Shown piece after piece: positions 10,736 to 22,300 of a stretch of DNA of 64,000 nucleotides; within the stretch, counting starts at the first letter, position 1; the number at the start of each line of letters is the position of its first letter. The notes under the pieces are model-generated. The model ran no database searches. It was given only the letters and a program-made list of their open reading frames with translations, and was not told where the DNA came from. Made by a program: the position numbers and the translations under genes. The stretch covers positions 6,814-70,813 of the IMG/VR virus record IMGVR_UViG_3300028415_000003. One strand, written 5' to 3'. Origin of the DNA: a virus.

Positions 10736-11112
10736 GAGAATACCTTTTAATTACAGAAACGATAAATACTATAGAAACTTATCTTCCGGTAAGAACTGTG
10801 ATGAATGTGGTCTCAAAAGAGAATGGTGTTTACACAGCAAAAAGAGATGATGTTGAATTTCAGGTACCGGAAAAGAATTGTGTAGAGATCAATGATATGG
10901 AAGCTGATATTATTAAAAAGCAGGAAGAAGCTAAATCTCGTGGAATTTATCTTTGGAAGAATTACAAGGAATTTTACAAAAAAGCATATGGAATTGATCT
11001 TGAAAGAAGCTACATGCCGGATTACGAATATATTCCCAAAAAAGTAAAAACGAAAAAACCAAAAAGAGAAGATGAAGGAGATTCGCGTGAAAACGAAATA
11101 TGGGTACAGTAA
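10732..11112 (+). CDS. Hypothetical protein
   Basis: ATGA-coupled to the upstream gene. Confidence 0.5.
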   Translation: MREYLLITETINTIETYLPVRTVMNVVSKENGVYTAKRDDVEFQVPEKNCVEINDMEADIIKKQEEAKSRGIYLWKNYKEFYKKAYGIDLERSYMPDYEYIPKKVKTKKPKREDEGDSRENEIWVQ

Positions 11113-11587
11113 GAATAACATTGTAGGTATTCATGACATAACAGATGATAGCTTTTCTTATTTTGAGCAAAACAAAACATTTGCCAATTACAAAGAGCTT
11201 TATAAGGATATCAACACTTCGAAGGCACGTTACAAAATGACACATAAACGTATTGCCATAACCATATTTAGATTATTCCTTGAAGAGTTAATGAACGACT
11301 TGATTTACAATAATGTCGTTTTTGTTTTTCCTATCAGGGGAAGGCTTTGTTTAAGCGTAAACGAGCAGCAAAAAAAGGCAAAGTATAACATTGAGACAAG
11401 AGGAATGAAGAGCCGATTCATGCTTAACATGAGCCAAATCCTTTTCAATAAAACAAGACAGGTTCGGTATTATGTTAAGGTAGCCAAAAGATATTATGAA
11501 AAGATTCAACTAAATCTATCTGAAGGGCACACTTATCCTTATCTTGAAAATTACCCAAAAACAGATCACTATGAAGAAAAACGCTAA
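11072..11587 (+). CDS. IHF/HU-like protein of the crAss-like tail module
   Basis: Helix followed by 'VVFVFPIRGRLCLSV' strand pattern; located just upstream of the tail tubular protein as in crAss-like phages. Confidence 0.45.
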   Translation: MKEIRVKTKYGYSKNNIVGIHDITDDSFSYFEQNKTFANYKELYKDINTSKARYKMTHKRIAITIFRLFLEELMNDLIYNNVVFVFPIRGRLCLSVNEQQKKAKYNIETRGMKSRFMLNMSQILFNKTRQVRYYVKVAKRYYEKIQLNLSEGHTYPYLENYPKTDHYEEKR

Positions 11588-12173
11588 ATATATCAGCCCT
11601 GAAGTAATTTTTAACAGGCTGACAAAAATCATTAAGGGTAAAAGCTTTGAGATTGGCGACGTGATATCATGGTGTGCCCAGGTTGAAACAGAATTTCTTG
11701 GTGACGATTATCAATTAATCAAACATGAAGACAAACCTTTTAAGATAGATAAAGAAAAAAGAGTAAGAGTGCCAAATAATCTTTACCGGTTATTTTCGGT
11801 CACAAACAAGTCCGGTACCAGACTTACTTATGAATATAATGGAGCATATATTTTTCTTCCTGACAGCTATACGGCCAAAGAAGTGCATTTAAATTATACG
11901 GCCATTCCAATAGACCCTGATACCGGTTACCCCTTAATTCTTCGTGGCCATGAGCCTGTTTGTGAAGCGTATTGTCTTCGGAGCATGTATTATGAAAACT
12001 ATTTGAACGGGGAAATAAATCAGTACCAGTGGAACGAACTTGTAAGAAGTTTTGAAGATAAGCTTGCAGGTGCTGCCACAGGAGTAAGATATATGGATGC
12101 TGACGAAAAAGAAACAATAACAAAAGTGATGTACAGCATCATAAAGCCTTTCAATTATCCAAACTCATTCTAA
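11544..12173 (+). CDS. Tail tubular/ring protein (P22 gp4-like)
   Basis: 'VHLNYTAIPIDPDTGYPLI' motif; immediately precedes the tail stabilization protein. Confidence 0.75.
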   Translation: MKITQKQITMKKNAKYISPEVIFNRLTKIIKGKSFEIGDVISWCAQVETEFLGDDYQLIKHEDKPFKIDKEKRVRVPNNLYRLFSVTNKSGTRLTYEYNGAYIFLPDSYTAKEVHLNYTAIPIDPDTGYPLILRGHEPVCEAYCLRSMYYENYLNGEINQYQWNELVRSFEDKLAGAATGVRYMDADEKETITKVMYSIIKPFNYPNSF

Positions 12174-15100
12174 ATGGAACAGAAAAACATTTTCATCAAA
12201 GGGCATAAGGCGGATCTCGATCCTTCTTATATGGATAATCAATCTTTCAGGAAAGCAAAGAATTTTCGTTTTATTAAGCGTGATGGTCGGGGCTTTGTAG
12301 CTTCACCATTGAACAGTAATGAATTGGAGTTTGAGATTAAAGAGGGCTATGTTCCTTTGAATGGAATTGAATACAAAGGCATTTATTACATGGTATCTTA
12401 TAATCCGGATACCAAAAATATTGAAGTTGGATCATTTCCTTCTCCTGGCGATGATGGATTTGTGACGAAGTATAAGGCTATTCAAACCCTTGAGAAAGAT
12501 AAAGAGGATAATGATTTCGACACAAATAAATTGGGAATAACCTGGGATAACACTCTCGATATAATTGCAAGGGAAAACTTTGACAAAACTGTCAACCTTT
12601 ACTTGTGTGATTATGTAAATCCTAATTATGTTATTAATACAGGCTTTGATCAGGATGGGAATTATAAGGAGGAAACAATTAAAGATGAAGAACTTCCTGA
12701 AAGGGTTTATCAGTTTAATGCTCCACAGTTTTATCCAAAATTAGAAAATTTTAATTTAGTAGACGGAGGTACCAATAAGCCAGGAGCTTACTATATTTAT
12801 ATTCGCTATGTAGACAGTTCTTTGACAGCAACGGTCTTTATTAACAGTTTCGGTCCGTTTATGATTGGCGAAAAAGATGCTGGTCTTATTGACGATATGG
12901 GTAATTCAAGGAAAGGTATTAAATTAAAACTTGAAAAACTTGATGTGGCTTATCCTTATTTTCAAATAGGTATTTCACGAAAGTCAGAGAATGACAATGT
13001 GCCTGTTAGTGATACTTATTTAGTTGATGTTTTGTATAAAACGCAAGAGGAAAAAGAGATAACTATCTATGGATCGGAAAGCAACGCTCTTTTAACTAAT
13101 GAAGAATTGCTTTTGAAAAACAGCTCTTTTGTATCATGCAAATCACACACTATCCATGAAGGGAAATACATTGGTGCTAATTGGAAATCTGCTAAAAGAG
13201 ATTACGACACCTTTTTTGAAATAGCACAATCAGTTGACGTTGAGGTTAAAACTGAGTATCAAAAATCTGATCATCTTTATAGTGATTATATAGAATCGGA
13301 GGTTGAATCTGATGATATAGCCTATGACAATATAGGTTATATGCGTGGAGAGATTTATCCTTTTGCAATGGTGTTTATTTTTAAGGATGGATCTGAATCG
13401 CAACCAGTACCAATCAAAGGAAAAAAATTTAATAACAATAATACAATCGATAATATAAACGATAAAGGCCTTGTGATGATGCCTAATTTCGGAGACAGTG
13501 ACGAAGTGAATAATCTAAATAATCTGATTTTTGTAAAATTTGATTTGACAGAGGCCCGTTCTGTTATTCAGGATTCTGAGGAAATGAAGAATGTCAAGTC
13601 CTTTTATTTTGTTAGGGGAGATCGAATTAAAAACAGAACTTATACCGGCCTTGCTCATGCTGCAAGTTTTGCGGTTTTAGGCAGAAGCCCTGATCATGAC
13701 AACTATGCGGGAGAAATATTATTTCTTGGAAAAGAGAATTCTAATAATAATAATACGATCCCAACCTACTATTATAATGAAGATGAACTTTCAGAGCGTT
13801 TAAAAATTTTATCTAACACTAGTGATTTTAAAGAATATAAAAAGAAATCGCTATACGTTCCTTATTTATCTGAAAAGGTTAAAGGTTTCATAAAATCGAA
13901 TGATAATATCATAATTGATAATGTGATTACACATGAAGAGCTAATGTCAGATAAGTATTACTTTTTTTATTCTCCTGATCATCTTTTTTCTACTGAAAAC
14001 GATATTCAGAATTTTTACTTTAAACCTTTGTTTGAAATAAATTTAGATGAATACAGAAAACAACAAGATTTACCTGTTGATGGGGAAGGAAATGATTCCT
14101 TGGATATTCAATACGGACGTGAGATTATTGATTGCAAAAACGATTTAAAAGTAATTAATGATGGGGGATACGATGTAGAAATTGTTAATGTTAATGAGGG
14201 GGTAGGAAGAGATTCTTATGATTTTGGAACATTGCTGCATCATATTCATAATCGTGAGAGCGAGCCACTGCAAGGTGAGCCCGGATGGAATATGAGTACC
14301 GGATTTGTAATAAGAACAAATGCTAATATTAAATTTCGTGGATTCTTAGGTCTTAAATTCAATAATCCATTTAATCATAAAAAAGGAGTAATCGGATCTT
14401 TCGTAAAGTATAGCACTGATGTAGAATATTACGCTACTATCAAATCGTCTTTTTCGGTTAAAAACACACTTTACAAAAAGATATCTGATATTTTTCCAAT
14501 TGCTAGGTTGTCGGGCTTCTTAACTATTAAGAAGGGTGATATTTTTATAAATAAAGTCTTCTTCAGGCAGGCTCGATGGATTGGAAATCCTACTTATTGG
14601 AAGGATAATAATTATGCTCATGGAACATTGCTTGGATTAGTAGTGGAGAGTGAGCTAAACACTTTCTTACGAAATGAAGTGCCGGCTACAGACGAAGAAG
14701 GGACCAAAATTCGATACTCTTTCTTTCCGAAAATTTTGGAAGAAGAAAAAGAATTCAATGATTGGATGTTTTTCAGTAGAAAGGATGAAGATATCTATGA
14801 AGCCATGCAAATTAACAGGGGGTATAGTCACATGCTTCCTGACCGTGCTTTATTTGGATATGACGAGGCTTTACCTGAGAATGGTATAATACGTCCAACG
14901 AGACTATATTTCTCAGGAGAACAAAAAATTAATGCCTTCGCGGATGCATTTTCTACAATCAATCCGGGAAGTTATATGGATTATCCAGTTGAAGATGGAG
15001 AGGTGATCTATGTGGATAGTATTAACGGCAATTTATTTTCAGCAAACAGGCTGGCACTCGTTCAATATTTTTCTGGACAAAATAAGATTGAATCAAACCC

Positions 15101-16034
15101 ATCGACAGGCAGTATCGTGGTGGGTTCTAACTATCAGTTTTTAAATCCAAAAAGCAGGAAATTTGCAGACTTCGGTGTGCAGCACCATAAAGCAATCGTT
15201 AATACTGGAGAAATGATTTTCGGAGTAGATGCTTATAAGAAAAAGCTCTGGACTATCTCGCTTGGCTATACTAATTCAGGTTATGCCATGCTTTCTGCAA
15301 AAGATATTGCGAAAGAACAGCTCGTATATAGTAAAGTTTTGTCACTGATCAATGATTACCTCGAGAATGAAACAAGGTACAGCGAGTATATTGATTCGCC
15401 ATCAAAAAATAAAGGGATTGTCTTAGGACATGATCCGGAATATAATGAAGTCTTGTTTAGTTTTCATAATAACGAAAAGGATTATTCTGGAAAAACATAT
15501 GTTTTTAGTTTGGACTTGGGAGCTTTTAATGACGAGTACACTATTGTTTCTCCACACTATTTTAATCTTAACAATAAACTTTTGAGTGTCAATCCAAATG
15601 ACAAGCACAATGTCTATTTGCATAACAAAAAAGATCAAGTACTTAGTTTTTACGACAAAAATCATATATCTTTGGTTGAAGTTATTGTGACAGGTGTTAA
15701 TAGTGAATCCAATCTTAATTCATTAGAAAAAGAGTTTTTTAACTGTCAAATACGCTCACCTGAAACAGAACTGGAATCCATTATATTTAGGACAGAAACT
15801 CAAAAAAGCGTTCTTTCGCCTTTCATAGAAAATCCTTCAGAAATGTTTTTCAGGAATCCTGAGTATTATGAGGGAAAATGGCAGTTGCCTATTCCTTTAC
15901 AATCCAGTTCAGAAAAATCTTATGAAGAACAATCAGAAATGAGAGGAGATTATTTATCGGTAACTTTAAAGTATAATAAGAACAAAAGCTTTTTCATCAA
16001 GCATGTAATAACAAATTATGAAATTTCTTACTAA
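12174..16034 (+). CDS. Tail stabilization/muzzle protein (P22 gp10-like)
   Basis: 1286 aa; N-terminal 'FIKGHKADLDPS...FRKAKN', 'GYMRGEIYPFAMVFIFKDGSES', C-terminal 'MRGDYLSVTLKY', all typical of crAss-like Tstab. Confidence 0.82.
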   Translation: MEQKNIFIKGHKADLDPSYMDNQSFRKAKNFRFIKRDGRGFVASPLNSNELEFEIKEGYVPLNGIEYKGIYYMVSYNPDTKNIEVGSFPSPGDDGFVTKYKAIQTLEKDKEDNDFDTNKLGITWDNTLDIIARENFDKTVNLYLCDYVNPNYVINTGFDQDGNYKEETIKDEELPERVYQFNAPQFYPKLENFNLVDGGTNKPGAYYIYIRYVDSSLTATVFINSFGPFMIGEKDAGLIDDMGNSRKGIKLKLEKLDVAYPYFQIGISRKSENDNVPVSDTYLVDVLYKTQEEKEITIYGSESNALLTNEELLLKNSSFVSCKSHTIHEGKYIGANWKSAKRDYDTFFEIAQSVDVEVKTEYQKSDHLYSDYIESEVESDDIAYDNIGYMRGEIYPFAMVFIFKDGSESQPVPIKGKKFNNNNTIDNINDKGLVMMPNFGDSDEVNNLNNLIFVKFDLTEARSVIQDSEEMKNVKSFYFVRGDRIKNRTYTGLAHAASFAVLGRSPDHDNYAGEILFLGKENSNNNNTIPTYYYNEDELSERLKILSNTSDFKEYKKKSLYVPYLSEKVKGFIKSNDNIIIDNVITHEELMSDKYYFFYSPDHLFSTENDIQNFYFKPLFEINLDEYRKQQDLPVDGEGNDSLDIQYGREIIDCKNDLKVINDGGYDVEIVNVNEGVGRDSYDFGTLLHHIHNRESEPLQGEPGWNMSTGFVIRTNANIKFRGFLGLKFNNPFNHKKGVIGSFVKYSTDVEYYATIKSSFSVKNTLYKKISDIFPIARLSGFLTIKKGDIFINKVFFRQARWIGNPTYWKDNNYAHGTLLGLVVESELNTFLRNEVPATDEEGTKIRYSFFPKILEEEKEFNDWMFFSRKDEDIYEAMQINRGYSHMLPDRALFGYDEALPENGIIRPTRLYFSGEQKINAFADAFSTINPGSYMDYPVEDGEVIYVDSINGNLFSANRLALVQYFSGQNKIESNPSTGSIVVGSNYQFLNPKSRKFADFGVQHHKAIVNTGEMIFGVDAYKKKLWTISLGYTNSGYAMLSAKDIAKEQLVYSKVLSLINDYLENETRYSEYIDSPSKNKGIVLGHDPEYNEVLFSFHNNEKDYSGKTYVFSLDLGAFNDEYTIVSPHYFNLNNKLLSVNPNDKHNVYLHNKKDQVLSFYDKNHISLVEVIVTGVNSESNLNSLEKEFFNCQIRSPETELESIIFRTETQKSVLSPFIENPSEMFFRNPEYYEGKWQLPIPLQSSSEKSYEEQSEMRGDYLSVTLKYNKNKSFFIKHVITNYEISY

Positions 16035-16456
16035 TGAATCCAAATCAAGCTTCACTTTTAGGGACAGGGATAAACGTTGCAGGACAAGCACTGGCCGGAC
16101 CAACTGGAGGGCTTTCACTTGTCGCCTCCAGCCTTATTGGCGGCTTTATGAATGAGCTTGCTCAGCCTGAAATAAAAAAAGTCGTAAAGAAAGACGTTAA
16201 CCGCGTGGATCCATTTGCCGGAAAACTTACAGGACAACATGGGGGTAATGCACAAGAAAGTCAGGTTATCGAAAAACAAGTGGGTGCTAGTGAACCGAGT
16301 GCAGCTTTAGGGGTGCTCAATCAAGTATCAGGAATGCCTGGACTTGCTCAGAAATTTGGGCTTGCTCAGACATCCAAAGGTAACACAGAAAAAGCTTTCT
16401 CAGAAATGACAGCAGAGGAGTTGAATGATCACGCAAAAGAAGGAGGATACTACTAA
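16034..16456 (+). CDS. Putative ejected cargo protein with Gly/Ala-rich hydrophobic N-terminus
   Basis: Glycine-zipper-like TM segment; follows the muzzle gene. Confidence 0.5.
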   Translation: MNPNQASLLGTGINVAGQALAGPTGGLSLVASSLIGGFMNELAQPEIKKVVKKDVNRVDPFAGKLTGQHGGNAQESQVIEKQVGASEPSAALGVLNQVSGMPGLAQKFGLAQTSKGNTEKAFSEMTAEELNDHAKEGGYY

Positions 16457-17088
16457 TGGATGTAAATAAATATATAAAGGATTATAAAAACACAAACCTT
16501 GCTACTTCTTTGCTTCAAGGAGGTAATGCAATTGTAAGTAAGTTTGGCAATAATCGAAAAGGAATTGGCGACATACCTTCAATTGCTGTCGATTATAAAG
16601 CTCCCAGAATCAATAAAGATGAATCGGTCTTTAGAGAACAACAGGAGAACCTTGACGAAATAACCAACCGTACTATTTCTGAAATCAGATTGTCAGGGAA
16701 AAGCGAAGTACTTCCGGCAATCTATGAGAATTACCGTAAGAGTATTGAGAAGATAGGGCAAGAAAGAAGTCGGTATAGTAATCGAGTGGATAATCAAAAT
16801 GCTGTCACTGCTGTTGAAGCTGCAAACAAAACAGCCAAAAGTGAAGCTAATGATAAGCAATATCGAGAAAAGATAGCTTCTCAAAGAAATATGATGCTTG
16901 CCCAGGCAAATGCTCAAAACGATCAAGTAATAAATCAATCCATTGCAGGATACATAAACAACAATCTGAAAGCAAATGAAATGGCTATGATGGCAGATTA
17001 TTTCAAAAATAATCCTGCGTCTCTCTTTAATTATTCTAGAATAAAAACACCAGAAGAAGATGTAGAAACAAACACAAACGGTTATTAA
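16456..17088 (+). CDS. Putative ejected cargo protein (Ala/Asn/Gln-rich coiled coil)
   Basis: Composition and position between muzzle and virion RNAP. Confidence 0.5.
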   Translation: MDVNKYIKDYKNTNLATSLLQGGNAIVSKFGNNRKGIGDIPSIAVDYKAPRINKDESVFREQQENLDEITNRTISEIRLSGKSEVLPAIYENYRKSIEKIGQERSRYSNRVDNQNAVTAVEAANKTAKSEANDKQYREKIASQRNMMLAQANAQNDQVINQSIAGYINNNLKANEMAMMADYFKNNPASLFNYSRIKTPEEDVETNTNGY

Positions 17089-17090
17089 TC

Positions 17091-19334
17091 ATGGCATCAG
17101 TATACAACTTCAGAACACCTAATTATAAAGTAGCTCCAACCTTTGCTCCTTTGGTTGCTCCAAAGCAAGAATTGGTTAACGCCGGTCTTGGAGGTAGCTC
17201 CAAGCAAGGCTCAAGGAGTGAATTCACAGTCAATTACGGAATGAAAGACCAGATTCAACGGGAGATTCAAGCGCACAGAGTAAAGGTCAGATCACATATG
17301 AAAGAGTACGACTCAGTTGAAGACTATAAGAAAAGCGATGATTTTAATGATGATGCAAAAGGATTTCATAGATTAAATGCTATGGCAGGAGAAATGCAAG
17401 CTAGAACAAATTCTCGTGAAGAGTATTCTTCAAAGCTTTCGGGAGAGCAACTAAGCGCTATAGCAACTTCAGAGGGGTGGGCTCAAGACGAATTTGGGAG
17501 GACCATTTCTGATGAAGATTTAAATAAGGGTAGAACTATGACAGTTGCTGAAGTTTTTAATGCACAAAAAGGGCAGCCTTTGATTGATGGAAACGGGGAT
17601 TTAATACCGTTCTCTGTTCCTGATGCCGCACAGATAGATAAAGAACTGTCTGATCTTATAAAGGCTGCAACGACAAACCTTGGTTCTGACAAGTTCGAAA
17701 ATAGCAGGTGGAGCCAAGACGGAAAATCCTTTACTCTTAGTGAGATTTTGGCACGAGAACAAAATTTTAAGCTTGGCAATGGTGATCTCGTTTCAATTTT
17801 AAGCACATACAGTTCTGAAACAGAAGATAATACAGCCCAATTAAGAAACGCTCTTAATAGTGCAATGGGGGATTTGAGCAGAGAAGATTATGCTCAGTTG
17901 TTTTATGATCAAAAACGCCAAGGATTAATGTACGAGCTTCCTAAAATTAAAAAACAAGATGGGTCAATTGATTATGATAAGAATGGGAATGTTCAGTATG
18001 TAAAAAAAGATAATGGAGAACTGGAATTCGAAGAAAGGGCTATTAAAAGCAATAACGATTTTAACTATTGGGCAGGATCAATATTGAAATCAGGAGTAAG
18101 TAGTAAGCGCGTTAATGAAAAGAGCTATATTCCTAACAGCACAACTGTTAAAAAAAATGAAGAAGAACCCGGGGAATTAAATAAATATGATCTTATACAA
18201 CTTAATGGTAATGGCGTATTTGAAACTGGAATCGAAACCGATGGGATCACTGAAGTTGTTGATAAAGTTATATCTATTAGTGGAGAAACCAGAAGGAAAA
18301 GAGTCAAAAATAGAGTTGAACTCTTCGAGGAGTTGGGAAATGGCCTTGAAGAAACTTTAAAAGGAGAAATAAAAGAAGGTTATAAGATAGATGATGTGTT
18401 ATTATATTATGATACTCCTTCTAAAATCAAAGGTATTTTAACTGACGAAGGCCACAAGAGAATGAAAGAGGTTTTAAATAAAACATTGATGAAACAAGTA
18501 GATCAATATGTTAAAAATGGTACTATCACAAAAAGAAAAGCCAGAGATATGTTTGCATTGATGTTGGAAGGGGAGGGGTCTAATTTTGACCCTTCCGAAT
18601 GGAGACGTCTCAAACTCGGAGAGGAGACAATATCAGAAGAAGAATCAGAAAATTCAGTCAAAAGAATGTATGACGTGAAGTTTTTTGAGTTTAATAAATA
18701 TACAAACGGCGAGGAAATAATATCAGAAGAAGAATACGAAAAAAAGGTTTTGTTAAATAAAATACAGAATCCATTATCTCAGGTGTCTTATGAGGTTTTA
18801 AAAGAAAATGAAATGAAAATAGTAAAGTATAACCAAAGTTATTACCATGATACAGAATTTAATTTTACAAATCTTCAGACCATTGGATCCCCGATTCGAT
18901 ATCTAGGAAATAGCTTTAACTCTGATAATTTTACTTCTCCGGCTTATGCTGTTTCGTCTACAAAAGCATATAAAGGTTTGAGACCTAAAGGGAAGATTTC
19001 ATTAGGAGTAAATATGCTTGTACATAAACATGATTTGAAAAATTTTAACGGGTCTATAGATGGAGCTAATGGAAAAATCAACTTTGATTTAAGTGATAAA
19101 AAGGATAGGGAAAGACTTGAAGTTCATTCAATGCAATCCACGGAGGGTCGTGCTAATGTTGCAGCAGCAAAAGTATGGGATAATTCAGATATTAAAAAAG
19201 AAAATCGGGTAAATTATTTTATTATTCCTGGAGCGATTATGGATCACGATCCTTACCGGTTAGCCTCTGTTGCTAAAGATGGTTTTATCGCGTCAGAAGA
19301 CAGCAACAAAAACGCACACAAGCTTTTAAAATAA
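17091..19334 (+). CDS. Putative internal virion/cargo protein
   Basis: 747-aa ORF directly upstream of the giant vRNAP gene. Confidence 0.45.
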   Translation: MASVYNFRTPNYKVAPTFAPLVAPKQELVNAGLGGSSKQGSRSEFTVNYGMKDQIQREIQAHRVKVRSHMKEYDSVEDYKKSDDFNDDAKGFHRLNAMAGEMQARTNSREEYSSKLSGEQLSAIATSEGWAQDEFGRTISDEDLNKGRTMTVAEVFNAQKGQPLIDGNGDLIPFSVPDAAQIDKELSDLIKAATTNLGSDKFENSRWSQDGKSFTLSEILAREQNFKLGNGDLVSILSTYSSETEDNTAQLRNALNSAMGDLSREDYAQLFYDQKRQGLMYELPKIKKQDGSIDYDKNGNVQYVKKDNGELEFEERAIKSNNDFNYWAGSILKSGVSSKRVNEKSYIPNSTTVKKNEEEPGELNKYDLIQLNGNGVFETGIETDGITEVVDKVISISGETRRKRVKNRVELFEELGNGLEETLKGEIKEGYKIDDVLLYYDTPSKIKGILTDEGHKRMKEVLNKTLMKQVDQYVKNGTITKRKARDMFALMLEGEGSNFDPSEWRRLKLGEETISEEESENSVKRMYDVKFFEFNKYTNGEEIISEEEYEKKVLLNKIQNPLSQVSYEVLKENEMKIVKYNQSYYHDTEFNFTNLQTIGSPIRYLGNSFNSDNFTSPAYAVSSTKAYKGLRPKGKISLGVNMLVHKHDLKNFNGSIDGANGKINFDLSDKKDRERLEVHSMQSTEGRANVAAAKVWDNSDIKKENRVNYFIIPGAIMDHDPYRLASVAKDGFIASEDSNKNAHKLLK

Positions 19335-19342
19335 AAAGAGTT

Positions 19343-22300
19343 ATGCAAAGTAAAACAGAACAAACGCAAATAAATATACCTGAAAAAGAGTCTCTTGAAC
19401 CACCAGAGCAAAAGGTTAAATCAAAGGATAAAGACATTAATTCTCAAAATAGCTTTCTGCAAGAGCAAAATGATGAGCCCCCTTTAATGGATTTTTCGTA
19501 TGCGCTGAGGGTATATGATTACAATATTGCTGATGTAAAGCAAGACGAACTTCGCACAAAGGTTACGTATGCAATGCCTTCTCCTAAGCAATTTGCAGAG
19601 AATAATCCCAGGCTCGCTAATGATGAAGAAGCCTTTAATACCATGTATTCTATAATAGAGGATAAATGGAGGCTTTATAAAGATGGCGATTTTTCTCAAT
19701 GGTCAACAGAGGATATTTATGTTCCTGATAATAAGTATGGCGATTATTTAAAAAGAAAAACAGGCCAGAATTATCCTTCATTCATCCAGTATGATGATCC
19801 AAAACCTGTGTCACAAACAAGCCGACGCTTCCCTGGTATTGGTACTGTAGAAATTGCCACTGCGGATGAGGTAGCAGATAAGACTCCTTTTATAAAAGAT
19901 AAAGAAGGAAGGGTTCTCCCTGTTGATTATGAAAACCTCGAAACACAATATTTCAATGATTTTAAGCGTGTGCAAAACCTTGAGAAAGGCATCGATTTTT
20001 TTTGGCAAGAAGCGAAAGATGGAGAACGCATTGCCGGAGACAAAATAAGAAGTGCATTAGGTCCACGACATCTTGAGAGTTCATGGTATAAAGCTATACC
20101 GCGTGGATTGTGGTCAGGAACAGCACCAATGATGGTTAGAGGTAGCGGTCAGTTTATTGAGGTTATTGGCGATCTTATCGATCCTTCTGATCAGGATAAG
20201 TGGTCAGACCGTGTTGGCACAAACAGTTTAAATTGGGCAAATAAATACTCTAAACAGAATTACGATGAAATGGAAGGAGCTTTTAATAACTGGAGTTCTT
20301 TCAGGTATCAGGTAATGAATGGTATAGGCCAAATTTCGTCTACAGTACTTCTGAACTATGCTACCGGTGGCATGTTCAGTTCTTTAGGATTATCCACTCA
20401 GCTTTCAGGAAAAATAGCGAAGCATTTTGGAATGTCTTTTATGGCGGCAGAAGCTGCAGGAGCCTTCAGGGAAGAGGCGAAAAATCTTGGAATTGGAGAG
20501 TTTGATTCTGCTCTATTGTTTCCGCTTATCATGGCAGCAACTTACGCTTCTGAAAGAGTAATACCCGCAGACTGGGAGCATCAAGGATTCAGTCGTTACA
20601 CAAAACGCAATCTTAGAAAGACTATTAATAATGAATTTAAAGAATACGCGAAAACGACAGGGATTCCTATTACTTCTATAGGGAAAAATGGAAAAGAAAC
20701 GCTTATCAAAAGATCTTTAAATAAATGGAAGGAAGGCTTTAAAAATTGGGGTCCAAAAAGTGGCGTTTCAAGAAGTTTTCTTGGTGCTTTTGATGAAAGT
20801 CTTGAGGAAATTGGAGAAGGGTACATGCATTCAGGAATTAAAGACCTGTATAACTTATATGCAGATGCAGAAGCATCAGAAACTCTTAACAGGTATAATG
20901 AGTCTTCATGGAAAGAGTCAGATAATCCTGATAAAATGATTGAAATATTATCCGATGGATCTGAAGTTGAAATTCCTAAAAAAGAATATGAGGCTATTCA
21001 AAAAGATATAGAGCTTTCCACAAAAATTAAGAATAAAGAAGGCGGGATGTTTGACGACACTTCGGTTAACTTTGAAGAAGGGGCGATAGCTGGAATATCT
21101 TCACTGCTAACGGGATTACCAATCAATTTAATGCAACAAAGGAAGGAAGATAATTCTGAGAATAAATTTATTGAACTTGCTTTGGCGCTTGAAAACGGAG
21201 ATATTAAAGATAAGGATCTTGACGCTGCAATTAAAGAGGCAAAAAAAGATGGGGTATTGGGCTCTAAAGTAGCAACTGAAAACGGCGATGTCGTTAATGT
21301 TAAAGGAACAACTAAAGATGGGCAACCAGCCGAAACTCAAGCCAATCAATCCAAAAGAATTGTCAGGGAATCAATTGGGGTATTCCGTGATATTATTAAG
21401 CGTTACGGTATTAACTCAGCCGAAGTACTGAAAGCAACCATGGGCGATAAATCTGTTATCAAGGAAGCAACAAAAATAGCCCGTAAACTTGATGAAGCTA
21501 AGAAAGCTCTTGAAGCTTTAGAAGTAGACCCTTCTATTTTCACAGAAGAAGACAGTCAAAAATATAATTCAGTTGAAGAAAAAACAAAGAAACTTGAAGC
21601 GGATGTTGAAAGGTATTCTAAAAAGTTTGCAGATGCTACACAGCCTAAGGAAGGTGGCAAATATTCCAAGACTTATTCGTCATTATATTTTGAATCAGCA
21701 CAGGTATTTTATGGAGCAGAAAAAAAACTCAAAAAGAAAATACTTGACAAAGATTTTGATGGGAAAAAATATGAAAATCTTACTCTTGAAGAGAGGGATA
21801 AATACAAAAAGAAACTGAATAAACAACGTAAGGATCTAGTAGAAACGCAACGTCCTCAAATTCTTCAGGATATTTATCAATTTCAAGCTTTAAGATCTGC
21901 TTCTGGAGAAGAGGTTCATAAACAAACCCAAGCGCTTTTTGATGAAGTAGCGGAGAATTATTTAAAAGAAGAAGAGCGAGTTCTTAAATCAACTCAAGAT
22001 CGTTTTGACAAATCTATATTGTCCGATGAAAAAAGGGAAAGTGTAGATAAAGCGATAACTGATTTAGAAAAACAAGTCGGAGAAATAGCCAATTATAAAG
22101 AGGGTAGCGAAGTATCGCTTTCTGAAAAGTTTGAAAATACCAAAAAAAGTTATCGGAAAATTCAAAACTTCATTGCAGATGTTGAAATCGGTGCTCTTCA
22201 TGGTGATGCAAAAGCACAGCAATGGTTAGGTGAACTCGAAGGAATGAGGGCTCAAAGTGAAGCAGCTGTTGATCAAGCTCTCGGCAATCTTAACGATATG

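Noticed and set aside
18620-18740. EETISEEE/EEIISEEE short repeat in the cargo protein gene
   Set aside because: Two copies of low-complexity acidic coding sequence; no further structure.
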